Shown here: positions 48,548 through 58,297 of the stretch, piece by piece
Numbering within the stretch: the stretch's first letter is position 1
Layout of the letters: each line of letters starts with the position of its first letter
NCBI GenBank assembly: GCA_030637655.1
Contig: DAOWGI010000005.1
Span: forward strand, 1 to 64,000
Length of the DNA stretch: 64,000 nt
Direction of reading: 5' to 3'
Source of the DNA: a candidate division FCPU426 bacterium
GTDB taxonomy: Bacteria; Oederibacteriota; JAAXVQ01; JAUVAV01
Notes under the pieces: model-generated
The model's database searches: none
Told to the model about the DNA's origin: nothing
The model's input: the letters and a program-made list of their open reading frames with translations, nothing else
Made by a program: the position numbers and the translations under genes

Positions 48548-50365
48548 TTATTTAATTCGTCCTGTATTCCGGTTAATTTCCCGAATACTCGTATTTATTT
48601 CCAACTCCAAAAGGGTTTCCAATGCCAGTGGCATAATCATACTCCAATTGTGATCTCCGAGAGTGCCTGGACGGTTGATGCGGTATTCCCGGGGATCTTT
48701 ATCAGCAAACAGCGTGCTGAGGGATAACCAGTCCTGAAGCAATTGGATACTAAAGATTGAAACAGTCTGATTTACTTTTTCAAGTGTTTTTTTTGCAAAC
48801 TCACGGGAAAATTCTTCTTTCGCTTTCCCTGTCAGACCAACATGCCGCCAGAAAATTTCGCGCTCAGAAAAAGTTTCGCGATATTGACTTAAAAAATCCC
48901 GAACCTGATCCCGGGGCCGTTGTAATACAGCCAAAAATTTATCTTCCGAATCGAGTTCTGTTTTCCAGCGCAGCCTGCCGTCGGCTGATTTGGCTTGAGC
49001 AAAGATTTGCGGGATCAACCGGTCCGCGTCCAGCCCGCGGTTCTGACATTTTTGACGAAAGACCGCTTCTTCCACAGTCCCGACTTCGTACTGCCACCAG
49101 CCCCGTAAATCGCAGGTATCGTGGGTTGAAATTGCTGCTATAGAATTGGGTCGAAATTCATGATCCGCAAAAAACCGGTTAGTGTTTCCCCAATCCCTTT
49201 GCCAGCGCTGAACATCCATACCAACAATCCCATATTCCCGTATGGTTTTGTAGGAGCAATCCGGTACTGTGCCAAGGTCTTCAGCACAGGGAAACATCGT
49301 GGTGTTGGAGAGCATCACATCCAACAATTGTTTGCCATGCTGTTCCCAGACAGCCTCTTCCTGAGGATCGAACACTCCTTTTAATTCCGATTGATTTAGT
49401 GGAATTGTCCAGAGTCGGAAAATTCCCACAAAATGGTCAATTCGAAACATATCAAAAAAATGCTCCGCATATTTTAATTTTTGGATTAAATAATCATATC
49501 CATGCTTGGCAATAACATCCCAGGCATATGGTGGCATGCCCCAGGTTTGACCATCAGCAAAATACATATCCGGCGGTGCACCGGATGCTAAATTCAATTT
49601 AAAATATGTCTGATGCGCCCAAACATCCGCACTATCTTTAGACACCAATAAGGGCAAATCACCCAGCAAAAGTACGTTTTTGGACTGCGCATACGCTTTT
49701 ACACTTAATAGTTGTTCATATAATTGCCACTGTAACCATTTCTGAAAAAATATGTCAACCGCATATTTTTTTAATAGTTTCTGACACGCTTCCGGGGCTT
49801 TCCGCTGCAATTCATCCGGCCATTCCCACCAGGCTTTTTCCTCATGCAATGTTTTTACGATTTTAAAAAGCGCATAATCGTTGAGCCAGAATTCATTCTG
49901 TTTTAAAAACGAGGTAAAAGCAGCGCAATTTTCCCAGGTTTGGCTCTGAAACATATCCTGGAGTAATTTTAATTTAGCCTTTTTTATTCCATAATTCACA
50001 CTTTCAGTGCCACTCGGAAAAGCTTTTCTTAGGGCGGCAATATCTTTGACAAAGGCCTCTTTTGGGACAGCATGCAATTTTTCCAAAGCCAGGTACATTG
50101 GCTCCAAAGCAAAGGAACTTTTCGCGTCATATGGCGTGAAAGTGAAACCTACGTCATTGAGTGGTAATAGTTGGATAATACTAATACCGGTTTTTTGGCA
50201 CCAATCAATTAACAATGACAGATCAGAGAATTCACCAATACCAATGCTTTGGCGTGAATAAAGAGAAAAGAGCGGCGCCACAACACCCGCTCTCCGTGAA
50301 GTGGTGATCTTTTTCCAATGTTGTGCAGCGGGAGTTGTATACAGCCAGTTGTAATCATAATCCAT
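48548..50365 (-). CDS. malQ: 4-alpha-glucanotransferase (GH77)
   Basis: IQLLPLND, GAPPD, RIDH, AEDLG, STHD and RINRPG. Confidence 0.95.
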   Translation of the reverse strand: MDYDYNWLYTTPAAQHWKKITTSRRAGVVAPLFSLYSRQSIGIGEFSDLSLLIDWCQKTGISIIQLLPLNDVGFTFTPYDAKSSFALEPMYLALEKLHAVPKEAFVKDIAALRKAFPSGTESVNYGIKKAKLKLLQDMFQSQTWENCAAFTSFLKQNEFWLNDYALFKIVKTLHEEKAWWEWPDELQRKAPEACQKLLKKYAVDIFFQKWLQWQLYEQLLSVKAYAQSKNVLLLGDLPLLVSKDSADVWAHQTYFKLNLASGAPPDMYFADGQTWGMPPYAWDVIAKHGYDYLIQKLKYAEHFFDMFRIDHFVGIFRLWTIPLNQSELKGVFDPQEEAVWEQHGKQLLDVMLSNTTMFPCAEDLGTVPDCSYKTIREYGIVGMDVQRWQRDWGNTNRFFADHEFRPNSIAAISTHDTCDLRGWWQYEVGTVEEAVFRQKCQNRGLDADRLIPQIFAQAKSADGRLRWKTELDSEDKFLAVLQRPRDQVRDFLSQYRETFSEREIFWRHVGLTGKAKEEFSREFAKKTLEKVNQTVSIFSIQLLQDWLSLSTLFADKDPREYRINRPGTLGDHNWSMIMPLALETLLELEINTSIREINRNTGRIK

Positions 50366-50626
50366 ACCTGTTACTCCAAATAAAAGATTAGAGAATATAC
50401 CATGAATTTCAGGATTATACCTTAACTATTTGTATTGCTTAATTATACCTAAATGGTCTTTTTTTAAATAAAATTTCGCACACAGGCCTTATAAACAACT
50501 CGAACCATGTCTGAAAAAGTATTGAAAAATAACCACAATCAAGATATTTCTCGAAACCACTTTAAGCTCTTGACAACCTATATTATATATGGAAAAATTG
50601 CCGGAAATTATTCCGGAGGTTTTTTT

Positions 50627-53050
50627 GTGAAACTATCGTGGTCATGGCTTAACGAATTTATTGATATACAGGATATTACTCCTCAAGAACTTGCCCACCG
50701 TTTGACAATGAGTGGTTTGGAAGTGTCAGGCATAGAAGATAAATCAAAAGGCATGGAATCTATTGTGGCCGGACGCTTAAAACAGGTTGTGCCGCATCCC
50801 AATGCCGACAAATTAAGCCTTACTATAGTAGAGGTCCCTAACCAGGAGTTGAGAATCGTATGCGGCGCCAAGAATATTGCAGCCGGTGATATTGTTCCAG
50901 TCGCTTTGGAAGGCACTGAATTGCCTAATGGGCTTAAAATCAAGCGTACCAAAATCCGGGGTGAAGAATCCTGTGGTATGATCTGTTCTGAGAGTGAACT
51001 CGGCCTGGCAGCATCCTGTGAAGGCATAATGCAGCTTCCATCAGATACTCCGTTGGGAGCTTTAGTGATAAACCTTCTCCACTTGAACGATATTACTATT
51101 AATGTTGAAATTACTCCCAATCGTTCGGATTGTCTATCGCATATAGGAATCGCGCGTCATCTCTCTGCTGTTTTGGATCGGCCGTTGAAAATGCCTGCCG
51201 TATCTTTAAATGAAAAAGAACCCTTGGCGGCATCAACATATCAGGTCAAGGCAGACCCGGATTCCGGCTGCTATCGCTACTGCGCGCGCATTATCCGTGA
51301 TGTGACCATTGCCCCCTCCCCGCTTTGGATGCAACGCCGTTTGGAAGCGGTTGGAATTCGACCTGTAAACAATATTGTTGACATTACGAATTATGTGCTG
51401 ATGGAAGTTGGTCATCCACTACATGCTTTTGATCTTGATAAACTGCAAGGCACAACCATCTTGGCCCGTCGCGCCCAGGAAAAAGAATCCCTGGTTACCC
51501 TGGATGGCTTAGAAATAAAATTGGATACAGAGGACCTGGTTATTGCCGACGAGACACGACCGGTCGCTTTGGCCGGAGTTATGGGCGGAGAAAATACCGA
51601 AGTTACGGATATCAGCAAACATATTTTACTCGAAGCTGCTTGGTTTGACACGCGTATTGTCCGCGCCATGAGCCGGAAAACCGGTTGTAGTTCGGAATCC
51701 TCATATCGTTTTGAGCGAGGCACTGACCCGGAATTAGGATTACTACTCGCCCTTGACCGGGCCGCACAGCTCATGACTGAACTCGCAAACGGCACCCTGC
51801 TCAAAGGCATAATTGATTCCTACCCCGCAAAGATAAAAACTCATAAAATTCGGTTACGTCTGTTAAGAGCGGAAAAGGTTTTAGGCATGTCTCTGGATGC
51901 CGGACAAGCTCTCTCCGCACTCTCGCGGCTCGGTTTTCTGGTGGCAGCCACAGATCAAGAAAATGTTTATTCAGTACGCGTCCCTACTTTCCGGCCTGAC
52001 GTCACCATTGAAGAAGATCTTTACGAAGAGATTGCCGAAGTGATTGGTTATGATAAAATCCCAGTCACTAAACCACAGTTCACCTTGATTTGTCCTGATA
52101 AAATACCGTATCAAGAGTTTCAGCAAGCGTGTCGTGCGGTTGCGGTTGGTTCCGGCGCGCAAGAAATTTTAACTTACAGCTTTCATAGTCCGGCTCATTT
52201 TGACCGTTTGCGTATTCCGCCGGAACACGAGTGCCGCTCTGCCCTGCGGCTTAAAAATCCCATGAGCGAAGAAATGTCGCTCATGCGGCCCTTGCTCTTG
52301 CCGGGTCTGATTGAAACCCTTTCCTACAATCAGCGTCGCGGACAAGATCGTATATATTTATTCGAGACCGGATCTGTGTTTTTACCTCGCTGCGGAGAAC
52401 CCTTGCCGGCCGAACCAAAACATTTGGGCCTTGCTTTGTACGGGCCGCAGCAACCCAGGTATTGGCGTTTGGGTAAAAAGCGTGCGCTGACGGACTTCTA
52501 TGATTTAAAAGGAATCATTGAGAATATTATACAGCGCTTGCATATCAAGACCAGGATCAGGTTTGAACCAACGGAATTCCCTTTTTTGCATCCGATGATT
52601 TCCTTCAGCCTGCAAAGCGCGGATGGGAAGAGCCTTGGTTGGGCCGGCGCTTTGCATCCGGAGTCGCAGGAAAAGTATAAATTAAAAGAGACGGTTTTGG
52701 TGGCTGAAATTGATTTAACCGCTCTTTTTCCCTTCTGGGTGGAACGACCGGGTGTCAAACGTTTTTCACGCTATCCGGCAGCTGTCCGTGATATATCTCT
52801 GGCAGTGTCCGAGGAAATTCAGGCCGGCGATATAGTCAAAGCCATTTTAGCTGTCGGTCAAGAACTGGTTACAGATGTAACTCCCTTTGATCTTTATCAG
52901 GGAGAAGAACTTTCCCCCGGCACCAAGAGTTTGGCTTTTGCTTTGACTATGCAAGCCTTGGATCGTACTTTGTTGGATGAGGAAGTGAATCAAATGCAGA
53001 CTAAAATAATTTCGCATTTACGGAATAAATTCAACGCTCAGCAGCGCTAA
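50627..53050 (+). CDS. pheT: Phenylalanine--tRNA ligase beta subunit
   Basis: HPNADKL, TPNRSDC, SYRFERG and FDX-ACB tail; GTG start after GGAGG. Confidence 0.96.
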   Translation: MKLSWSWLNEFIDIQDITPQELAHRLTMSGLEVSGIEDKSKGMESIVAGRLKQVVPHPNADKLSLTIVEVPNQELRIVCGAKNIAAGDIVPVALEGTELPNGLKIKRTKIRGEESCGMICSESELGLAASCEGIMQLPSDTPLGALVINLLHLNDITINVEITPNRSDCLSHIGIARHLSAVLDRPLKMPAVSLNEKEPLAASTYQVKADPDSGCYRYCARIIRDVTIAPSPLWMQRRLEAVGIRPVNNIVDITNYVLMEVGHPLHAFDLDKLQGTTILARRAQEKESLVTLDGLEIKLDTEDLVIADETRPVALAGVMGGENTEVTDISKHILLEAAWFDTRIVRAMSRKTGCSSESSYRFERGTDPELGLLLALDRAAQLMTELANGTLLKGIIDSYPAKIKTHKIRLRLLRAEKVLGMSLDAGQALSALSRLGFLVAATDQENVYSVRVPTFRPDVTIEEDLYEEIAEVIGYDKIPVTKPQFTLICPDKIPYQEFQQACRAVAVGSGAQEILTYSFHSPAHFDRLRIPPEHECRSALRLKNPMSEEMSLMRPLLLPGLIETLSYNQRRGQDRIYLFETGSVFLPRCGEPLPAEPKHLGLALYGPQQPRYWRLGKKRALTDFYDLKGIIENIIQRLHIKTRIRFEPTEFPFLHPMISFSLQSADGKSLGWAGALHPESQEKYKLKETVLVAEIDLTALFPFWVERPGVKRFSRYPAAVRDISLAVSEEIQAGDIVKAILAVGQELVTDVTPFDLYQGEELSPGTKSLAFALTMQALDRTLLDEEVNQMQTKIISHLRNKFNAQQR

Positions 53051-53079
53051 CGTCAGGTGTACAGGAGACAATTATTTCC

Positions 53080-53361
53080 ATGGTTGTGGACGAATGGACA
53101 AAACTGGTTCGACACGTCGATTCCTTAATCAATGAATTGCGCGTCGCGAGAGAAGAAACTAAAAAATGGCGCGCTCATGCCATCGAACTGGAGCGTTTTA
53201 AAAATACCGAGAATCGCGCCGTCCTTTTGGAGAACCAGTCCGAAGCACGCGAACTGGAGCGCTTCCGCAAAGAAAGAAAAAAAATGATTACCATGGTCAC
53301 AAAACTCATCGCTGAATTGGACCAGGCACAAATACAAGTGCTGGAGAATAAAAATGGGTGA
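53080..53361 (+). CDS. Coiled-coil protein, ZapB-like
   Basis: Short helical ORF between pheT and zapA. Confidence 0.6.
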   Translation: MVVDEWTKLVRHVDSLINELRVAREETKKWRAHAIELERFKNTENRAVLLENQSEARELERFRKERKKMITMVTKLIAELDQAQIQVLENKNG

Positions 53362-53725
53362 AGAACGTCATGGTATAAAAGTAAATATATTCGGCAGTGA
53401 ATACGTCATACGCGGCGAAGCCGATGAAGCCTACATTCAATCTTTGGCGCAGTATGTGAATGAAAAGATGAAAGAGATTGCTCAAAGTACGCATCTGACC
53501 AGTCCTGTGAAAATCGCCATGCTAGCCTCAATTAATATGGCAGACGATATTTTTCGTCTACGCGAACGTCTTCAAGATAAATCCGCTGCGCAGCAAACAT
53601 CCCTGCCCCAAGAACCACTACCAGAACCAGCTCCAGAGCTTTTGGAAACTGAAATATCTTCGGTCGCGCCGGAAGCCATTACCGCGCTTTCTCAGCACAT
53701 CAAATCCGCTTTGGAAGAGGAATGA
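53354..53725 (+). CDS. zapA: Cell division protein ZapA
   Basis: VNIFGSEYVI, LAQYVNEKM and AMLASINMADD. Confidence 0.92.
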   Translation: MGEERHGIKVNIFGSEYVIRGEADEAYIQSLAQYVNEKMKEIAQSTHLTSPVKIAMLASINMADDIFRLRERLQDKSAAQQTSLPQEPLPEPAPELLETEISSVAPEAITALSQHIKSALEEE

Positions 53726-54635
53726 TTTTTGGAATTTCTTCCAGCAAAGCTTTAGAATCCAGCCAAGTGACGCGTTTTTCAGCCCGAAACCAGGTCATTT
53801 GACGCTTAATATAACGTCGGGTATCCCTTTTGATCAACTCGACAGCCCGCTGGTAGGAATACTCACCTTGTATGTTTTTCACTAAATGCGAATAACCAAT
53901 AGCCTGCATGGCAGGCGCTTTGGCAGACACACCACTGTGCAGCAGTGCTTTGACTTCCTCCAGCCAACCCTTGTTCAGCCAATGATCAATACGTTGTTCT
54001 GCCAAATAATACATTTCTTCCCGCGGACGTGCCAGACCAAACCATTTTGCCGGAATCGCAGGTCTTGCTGGTTTTCGTCTTCTGAGTTCCGAAGCTTTTT
54101 TGCCGGTTAAAAGCCTTATTTCCAAAGCCCGGACCACACGTATACGATCAGCAGGATAGAGGGTAGCGGCTGTTTCCGGATCAAGACTTTTCAGTTGTTC
54201 AAACAGTCTTTTATTACCCTCGCTTTCGGCCCTTTGCTTTAATTGTTGACGTAAATCCGGGTCTGCCGGCGGAACCGGTGCTAAGCCATCTAAAAAAGAA
54301 CGGATCCACAGTCCGGTGCCACCTACCAGAAAACAGGTTTTGATTTTAGTTTTTATTTGCAGGTAGGCAAGATCCGCCATATGGGTAAAATCTTCTGCTG
54401 TGACAGTCTGCTCAGGTTCTGCCACAGAAACCAGATGATGTTTTACTTGTCGAACCTGTTCGCATGTGGGTTTACCTGTGCCAATATCCAGTTTTTTATA
54501 GATTTGACGTGAATCCGCGGAAATGATTTCACCGTTTAAGTGCTGAGCCAATTGAATTGCCAAATTTGTTTTACCGGATGCAGTGGGTCCGACAATCGTG
54601 ATAATGGGTAGATCAATTGCCGGTTGAGCGCTCAT
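53700..54635 (-). CDS. miaA: tRNA dimethylallyltransferase
   Basis: GPTASGKT, DSRQIY, GGTGLW and KRQMTWF. Confidence 0.96.
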   Translation of the reverse strand: MSAQPAIDLPIITIVGPTASGKTNLAIQLAQHLNGEIISADSRQIYKKLDIGTGKPTCEQVRQVKHHLVSVAEPEQTVTAEDFTHMADLAYLQIKTKIKTCFLVGGTGLWIRSFLDGLAPVPPADPDLRQQLKQRAESEGNKRLFEQLKSLDPETAATLYPADRIRVVRALEIRLLTGKKASELRRRKPARPAIPAKWFGLARPREEMYYLAEQRIDHWLNKGWLEEVKALLHSGVSAKAPAMQAIGYSHLVKNIQGEYSYQRAVELIKRDTRRYIKRQMTWFRAEKRVTWLDSKALLEEIPKIIPLPKRI

Positions 54636-56420
54636 TTAACCGGCATAATTCCGTTTGAATATTTTATCCAGCTCATCCCAGGAAAGGCGAAAAATATAAG
54701 GTCTTCCGTGCGGACAGGTCGGCAATCCTTTCAGGGCTCGCATTTGTTTGATGAGTGCCAGCATGCTTTCCGGTTGCAGGCGTTCTCCGGCTTTCACAGC
54801 TGCTTTGCAGGCCATGCTCTGCAAAATTTTTTCTCTAAACTTGTTTTTATCCATCAGCTTACCGGTCTCAGCCAGCCACTCAATAACCTCATTGACAATG
54901 GCAATCAAATCTCCCTGCGGAAATTGATCCGGTTGGGTTTGAATGGTAAAAGTATTGCCGCCCAAAGGTGATATTTCCAAACCCATCTCAGAAAACAGTT
55001 CCCTTGCCTCAGTGAGCAATCCGGTTTGCGAAGGCTTAAGTTCAAACGTTAAAGGCAGCAATAAATTTTGCCGGGGCAAGTCCCGTGGCCATTGCAAAAA
55101 GGATTCATAAAGAATTCTTTCGTGAACAGCATGTTGATCCACCAGGAAAAAGCCTTGTTCATCTTGCACGGCAATATAGGTCCGGCCGACCTGACCAATG
55201 ACACGCAATGCAACTTCCGCGGATGGTTCTTCCCCGATAGGGGCGCGATTAATCGCGCCCCTACCATCTATATATGTAGCAATCGATTCTTTCACCCGGT
55301 CTTGGGACCAACCCATTGGCAAGGATTGCGGAGAATAAGTAGGGGCGCGATTAATCGCGCCCCTACTTGGTTTTTCCTTAGATGTTGAAATATGCAATAA
55401 ACTCGAGGGTTTACTGCCGGTCAGATCTCCTTGCTGCAGCACATTTTGGATAGTGGTATAAACCAAATTGTGAATACCATGTTCATCACGCAAACGCACT
55501 TCTCTTTTAGCAGGATGCACATTAACATCAACCAGATGATTAGGCATGGTGAAGAACAAATAGCAGATCGGAAAACGGCCTTCCGGTATTAGTGTCCTAT
55601 AGGCTTGAATCACAGCATGCGCGATACCACGATGTTCAACCGGGCGTTGATTGATGAAAAAGCGCATGCCGAGCCTGGTATTGCGATGATCAGAGGGATT
55701 CGCAATTCGTCCTCGAATCCAAATCCCGCCTGCTTCCCTCTCCACTGGCAGCATATTTTGCGGTAAAGCACTTCCATACAGTGTTGCCAAGCGGTCGGAT
55801 AATATTTTAGTAGGCGGACAATTAAAAAGTTCACGCCGGTCTACAATCAGTTTAAAACCAACACGTTTGTGCGCAATAGCGGCCAACTCTACGACTTGTA
55901 CAATATGGGATTGTTCAGTGGAATGAGTTTTCATAAATTTGCGGCGGGCCGGAGTATTAAAAAAGAGATCTTCAACAACAATCGTAGTTCCGGCCGCGCA
56001 ACCGGTTTCGCCTTTTGACGTGATCTTGCCGCCGGAGAGTTTCATGCGAAATCCCACCGATTTTTTTTCCGGCCGCGTTAAAATTTCCACCTGGGAGACC
56101 GCGGCAATGGATGGCAGGGCTTCCCCGCGAAAACCCAAAGTGTCAATATTTTCCAAATCTTCCGCTTTACTGATTTTACTGGTCGCGTGCCGGGAAAACG
56201 CCAATTGGGCATCCTCCACATTCATACCCTGGCCATCGTCAGTCACGCGTATACTTTGGAAACCGGCACTTTTAATTTCCACTTCAATTCTGGTCGCCTT
56301 GGCATCCAGGGCGTTTTCAAGCAACTCTTTAACCACCGCAGCCGGACGTTCCACCACCTCGCCGGCGGCAATCAGATTGGCAACCTGATCCGATAATATT
56401 TTAATATGTGTATTGGTCAT
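54636..56420 (-). CDS. mutL: DNA mismatch repair endonuclease MutL
   Basis: AAGEVVERP, GFRGEAL, DQHAVHERILYE, ACK and CPHGRP. Confidence 0.97.
   Translation of the reverse strand: MTNTHIKILSDQVANLIAAGEVVERPAAVVKELLENALDAKATRIEVEIKSAGFQSIRVTDDGQGMNVEDAQLAFSRHATSKISKAEDLENIDTLGFRGEALPSIAAVSQVEILTRPEKKSVGFRMKLSGGKITSKGETGCAAGTTIVVEDLFFNTPARRKFMKTHSTEQSHIVQVVELAAIAHKRVGFKLIVDRRELFNCPPTKILSDRLATLYGSALPQNMLPVEREAGGIWIRGRIANPSDHRNTRLGMRFFINQRPVEHRGIAHAVIQAYRTLIPEGRFPICYLFFTMPNHLVDVNVHPAKREVRLRDEHGIHNLVYTTIQNVLQQGDLTGSKPSSLLHISTSKEKPSRGAINRAPTYSPQSLPMGWSQDRVKESIATYIDGRGAINRAPIGEEPSAEVALRVIGQVGRTYIAVQDEQGFFLVDQHAVHERILYESFLQWPRDLPRQNLLLPLTFELKPSQTGLLTEARELFSEMGLEISPLGGNTFTIQTQPDQFPQGDLIAIVNEVIEWLAETGKLMDKNKFREKILQSMACKAAVKAGERLQPESMLALIKQMRALKGLPTCPHGRPYIFRLSWDELDKIFKRNYAG
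55237..55366. repeat. REP doublet inside the mutL linker
   Basis: (a/g)taggggcgcgattaatcgcgcccctac at 55237-55264 and 55339-55366. Confidence 0.9.
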
Positions 56421-56437
56421 AATGTCGTGTCCTTATC

Positions 56438-56576
56438 GTAGAGACGCCCAATTTGGGCGTCTCTCTTGATTTTCATGGTATTTTTATACCTTGTTTTTGG
56501 GATTGTGTCAATTTATGGGTGAATTGATAATGATTGATAATGATATTGTAGAGACGCCCAATTTGGGCGTCTCTAC
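56438..56576. repeat. REP doublet upstream of mutL
   Basis: gtagagacgcccaatttgggcgtctct(ac) at 56438 and 56548. Confidence 0.88.
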
Positions 56577-56886
56577 GTTTGGTGTCCTCACGTTTTTTTC
56601 GTCCCCCATCCCCGCGCCTCCTATGTTTTTTATTCAATTGGTATGACAGGAAAAAGAGGATTTTCTTGCAGGTTATTTTTAATTATCAGGATTGGGTTTT
56701 GAGGGAATATTATCTAGAGTCATGATTCATGAGCGTCCCGGAACATGCATTTGCTCCATTTATTGCCTTCTATCAACTTCCCATACATTGGCTGTTGAAC
56801 TAGTGAAAAAGCGAACATTGATACTTCCAGGCCCGGAATTTTCGCGTTGAAATTGTTCATATAAAAAACCTCTTTCATAGTTTACT

Positions 56887-57264
56887 TTATTTCAAATAAA
56901 CCATGGCCTCCATCTCAATCCGGCAGCTAGCTGGCAAGGCAGCTACCTGCACTACTGCCCGGGCAGGATACGGTGCCAAGAAAAATTCCTGGTATATTTT
57001 ATTCATGTCCTGAAACTCTTTGAGATCAGTCATGTAAACCGTGACTTTTGCTGCCTGGGATTTCTGCGCCTGGCTGGCAATTAGTATTGCTTCCAGGTTA
57101 CGGAATACCTGCTGGGTCTGTTCAACAATTCCCGGACCAACCAATTTAGCAGTAGTTGAATCCAATGGAATCTGGCCGGAAATAAACATCCACTCCCCGG
57201 CTTTTACTGCCTGGGAATAGGGCCCAATGGGCTGCGGCGCTTGATTAGTTAAAATAGGTATCAT
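56887..57264 (-). CDS. ridA: RidA/YjgF family enamine deaminase
   Basis: APQPIGPYSQAV, ISGQIP, PARAVVQVAALP and IEME. Confidence 0.93.
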   Translation of the reverse strand: MIPILTNQAPQPIGPYSQAVKAGEWMFISGQIPLDSTTAKLVGPGIVEQTQQVFRNLEAILIASQAQKSQAAKVTVYMTDLKEFQDMNKIYQEFFLAPYPARAVVQVAALPASCRIEMEAMVYLK

Positions 57265-57276
57265 CTCTCCACCTCT

Positions 57277-58188
57277 TTAAAAATCATCTGGTAATTTAAA
57301 TACTGTTTCTTTTATTGAAAAATCAACTGAAATATCTTCATCTGGATTTTGTGGTATGTAACTGAAATATATTTGTTCGGGTCTGAATCTATAATTCCGT
57401 TCCTCATTTCCTCTCACATTCACACTAAGTTGATCTGAAATCTTCGCATCTACAATTTCAAAAAGCTTGCATAGCAACGATTCATCTTCGTTGGACTTTT
57501 TCTTATTTAGAGCATCCACAACTTTTATTCTTTTTGAACTGTCCCTATAATGAAAACAGCCATTTCTAATCAGGTTATTGGCACGTCCAAATAATCTTCC
57601 GACCATCTTTTGCATTTTCTTTTTATCCATCCTGGGATAGCTTTTAATTTTATCTTTGCATTTATCACATAATTTTATTTTTTTACACTCATCACAAAGT
57701 ATCTCTTTTTGATCTTTTCCAACAATCCTTTCACACTCTAACCATAAATTCCTGAAAGCATCTACCGAGGTAGTTGAATTATTCGCTAACCACAGGTAAA
57801 ACAATTCTTCCTTTTTTTGACCCCATGTTTTTTCAATATCTGAAATATTTGTTAAAAAGATATAACGAGGATTTTTCGAATAACTCATTTCAATACCATG
57901 ACGCATAGCTTTCCCTGGCTCGCTCTTTATTATGAACCGGATCGCTTTTATTTGAATAGGAAAAGATAATATAAACGAAACAGATTGCAGCCAATCTAAC
58001 AGGTCGCCATCAATTATTTTTTGTGTTTCATCACTAGACTTGGCTTCAAAATCAAGATAAATTTGCAATACTCCATTTTGATTGTTTTGATTAGGTATTG
58101 TAATTATTACATTTCCATTTTTAAATATATGCTCAAAATTTGTTTTTAATCTCGTTTCTAAGTCAACCACAATTCTGTATTTATTCAT
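57277..58188 (-). CDS. AT-rich protein with HEPN-like RxxxxH motif and CxxC pair (ApeA/MauJ-like); putative defence RNase
   Basis: AFRNLWLECE, CDEC...CDKC and RNGCFH; sits next to AbiE. Confidence 0.55.
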   Translation of the reverse strand: MNKYRIVVDLETRLKTNFEHIFKNGNVIITIPNQNNQNGVLQIYLDFEAKSSDETQKIIDGDLLDWLQSVSFILSFPIQIKAIRFIIKSEPGKAMRHGIEMSYSKNPRYIFLTNISDIEKTWGQKKEELFYLWLANNSTTSVDAFRNLWLECERIVGKDQKEILCDECKKIKLCDKCKDKIKSYPRMDKKKMQKMVGRLFGRANNLIRNGCFHYRDSSKRIKVVDALNKKKSNEDESLLCKLFEIVDAKISDQLSVNVRGNEERNYRFRPEQIYFSYIPQNPDEDISVDFSIKETVFKLPDDF

Positions 58189-58208
58189 ACATCACCATTT
58201 TTAATTTG

Positions 58209-58285
58209 TCATTGCCTGTGCCCTCTGGGTACGAGGTGCATTTTACCGAAGCAATCTCAAAAACGAAAAATAGATGGCTTCTGCG
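58209..58285. repeat. GTCATTGC...GAAGCAATCTC-type palindromic repeat remnant with a possible 17-bp insert
   Basis: gtcattgc-ctgtgccctctgggtac-gaggtgcattttaccgaagcaatctc. Confidence 0.45.
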
Positions 58286-58297
58286 CTGCACACAACA

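Noticed and set aside
53700-53760. 6S RNA after zapA
   Set aside because: No room: zapA overlaps the 3' end of the convergent miaA
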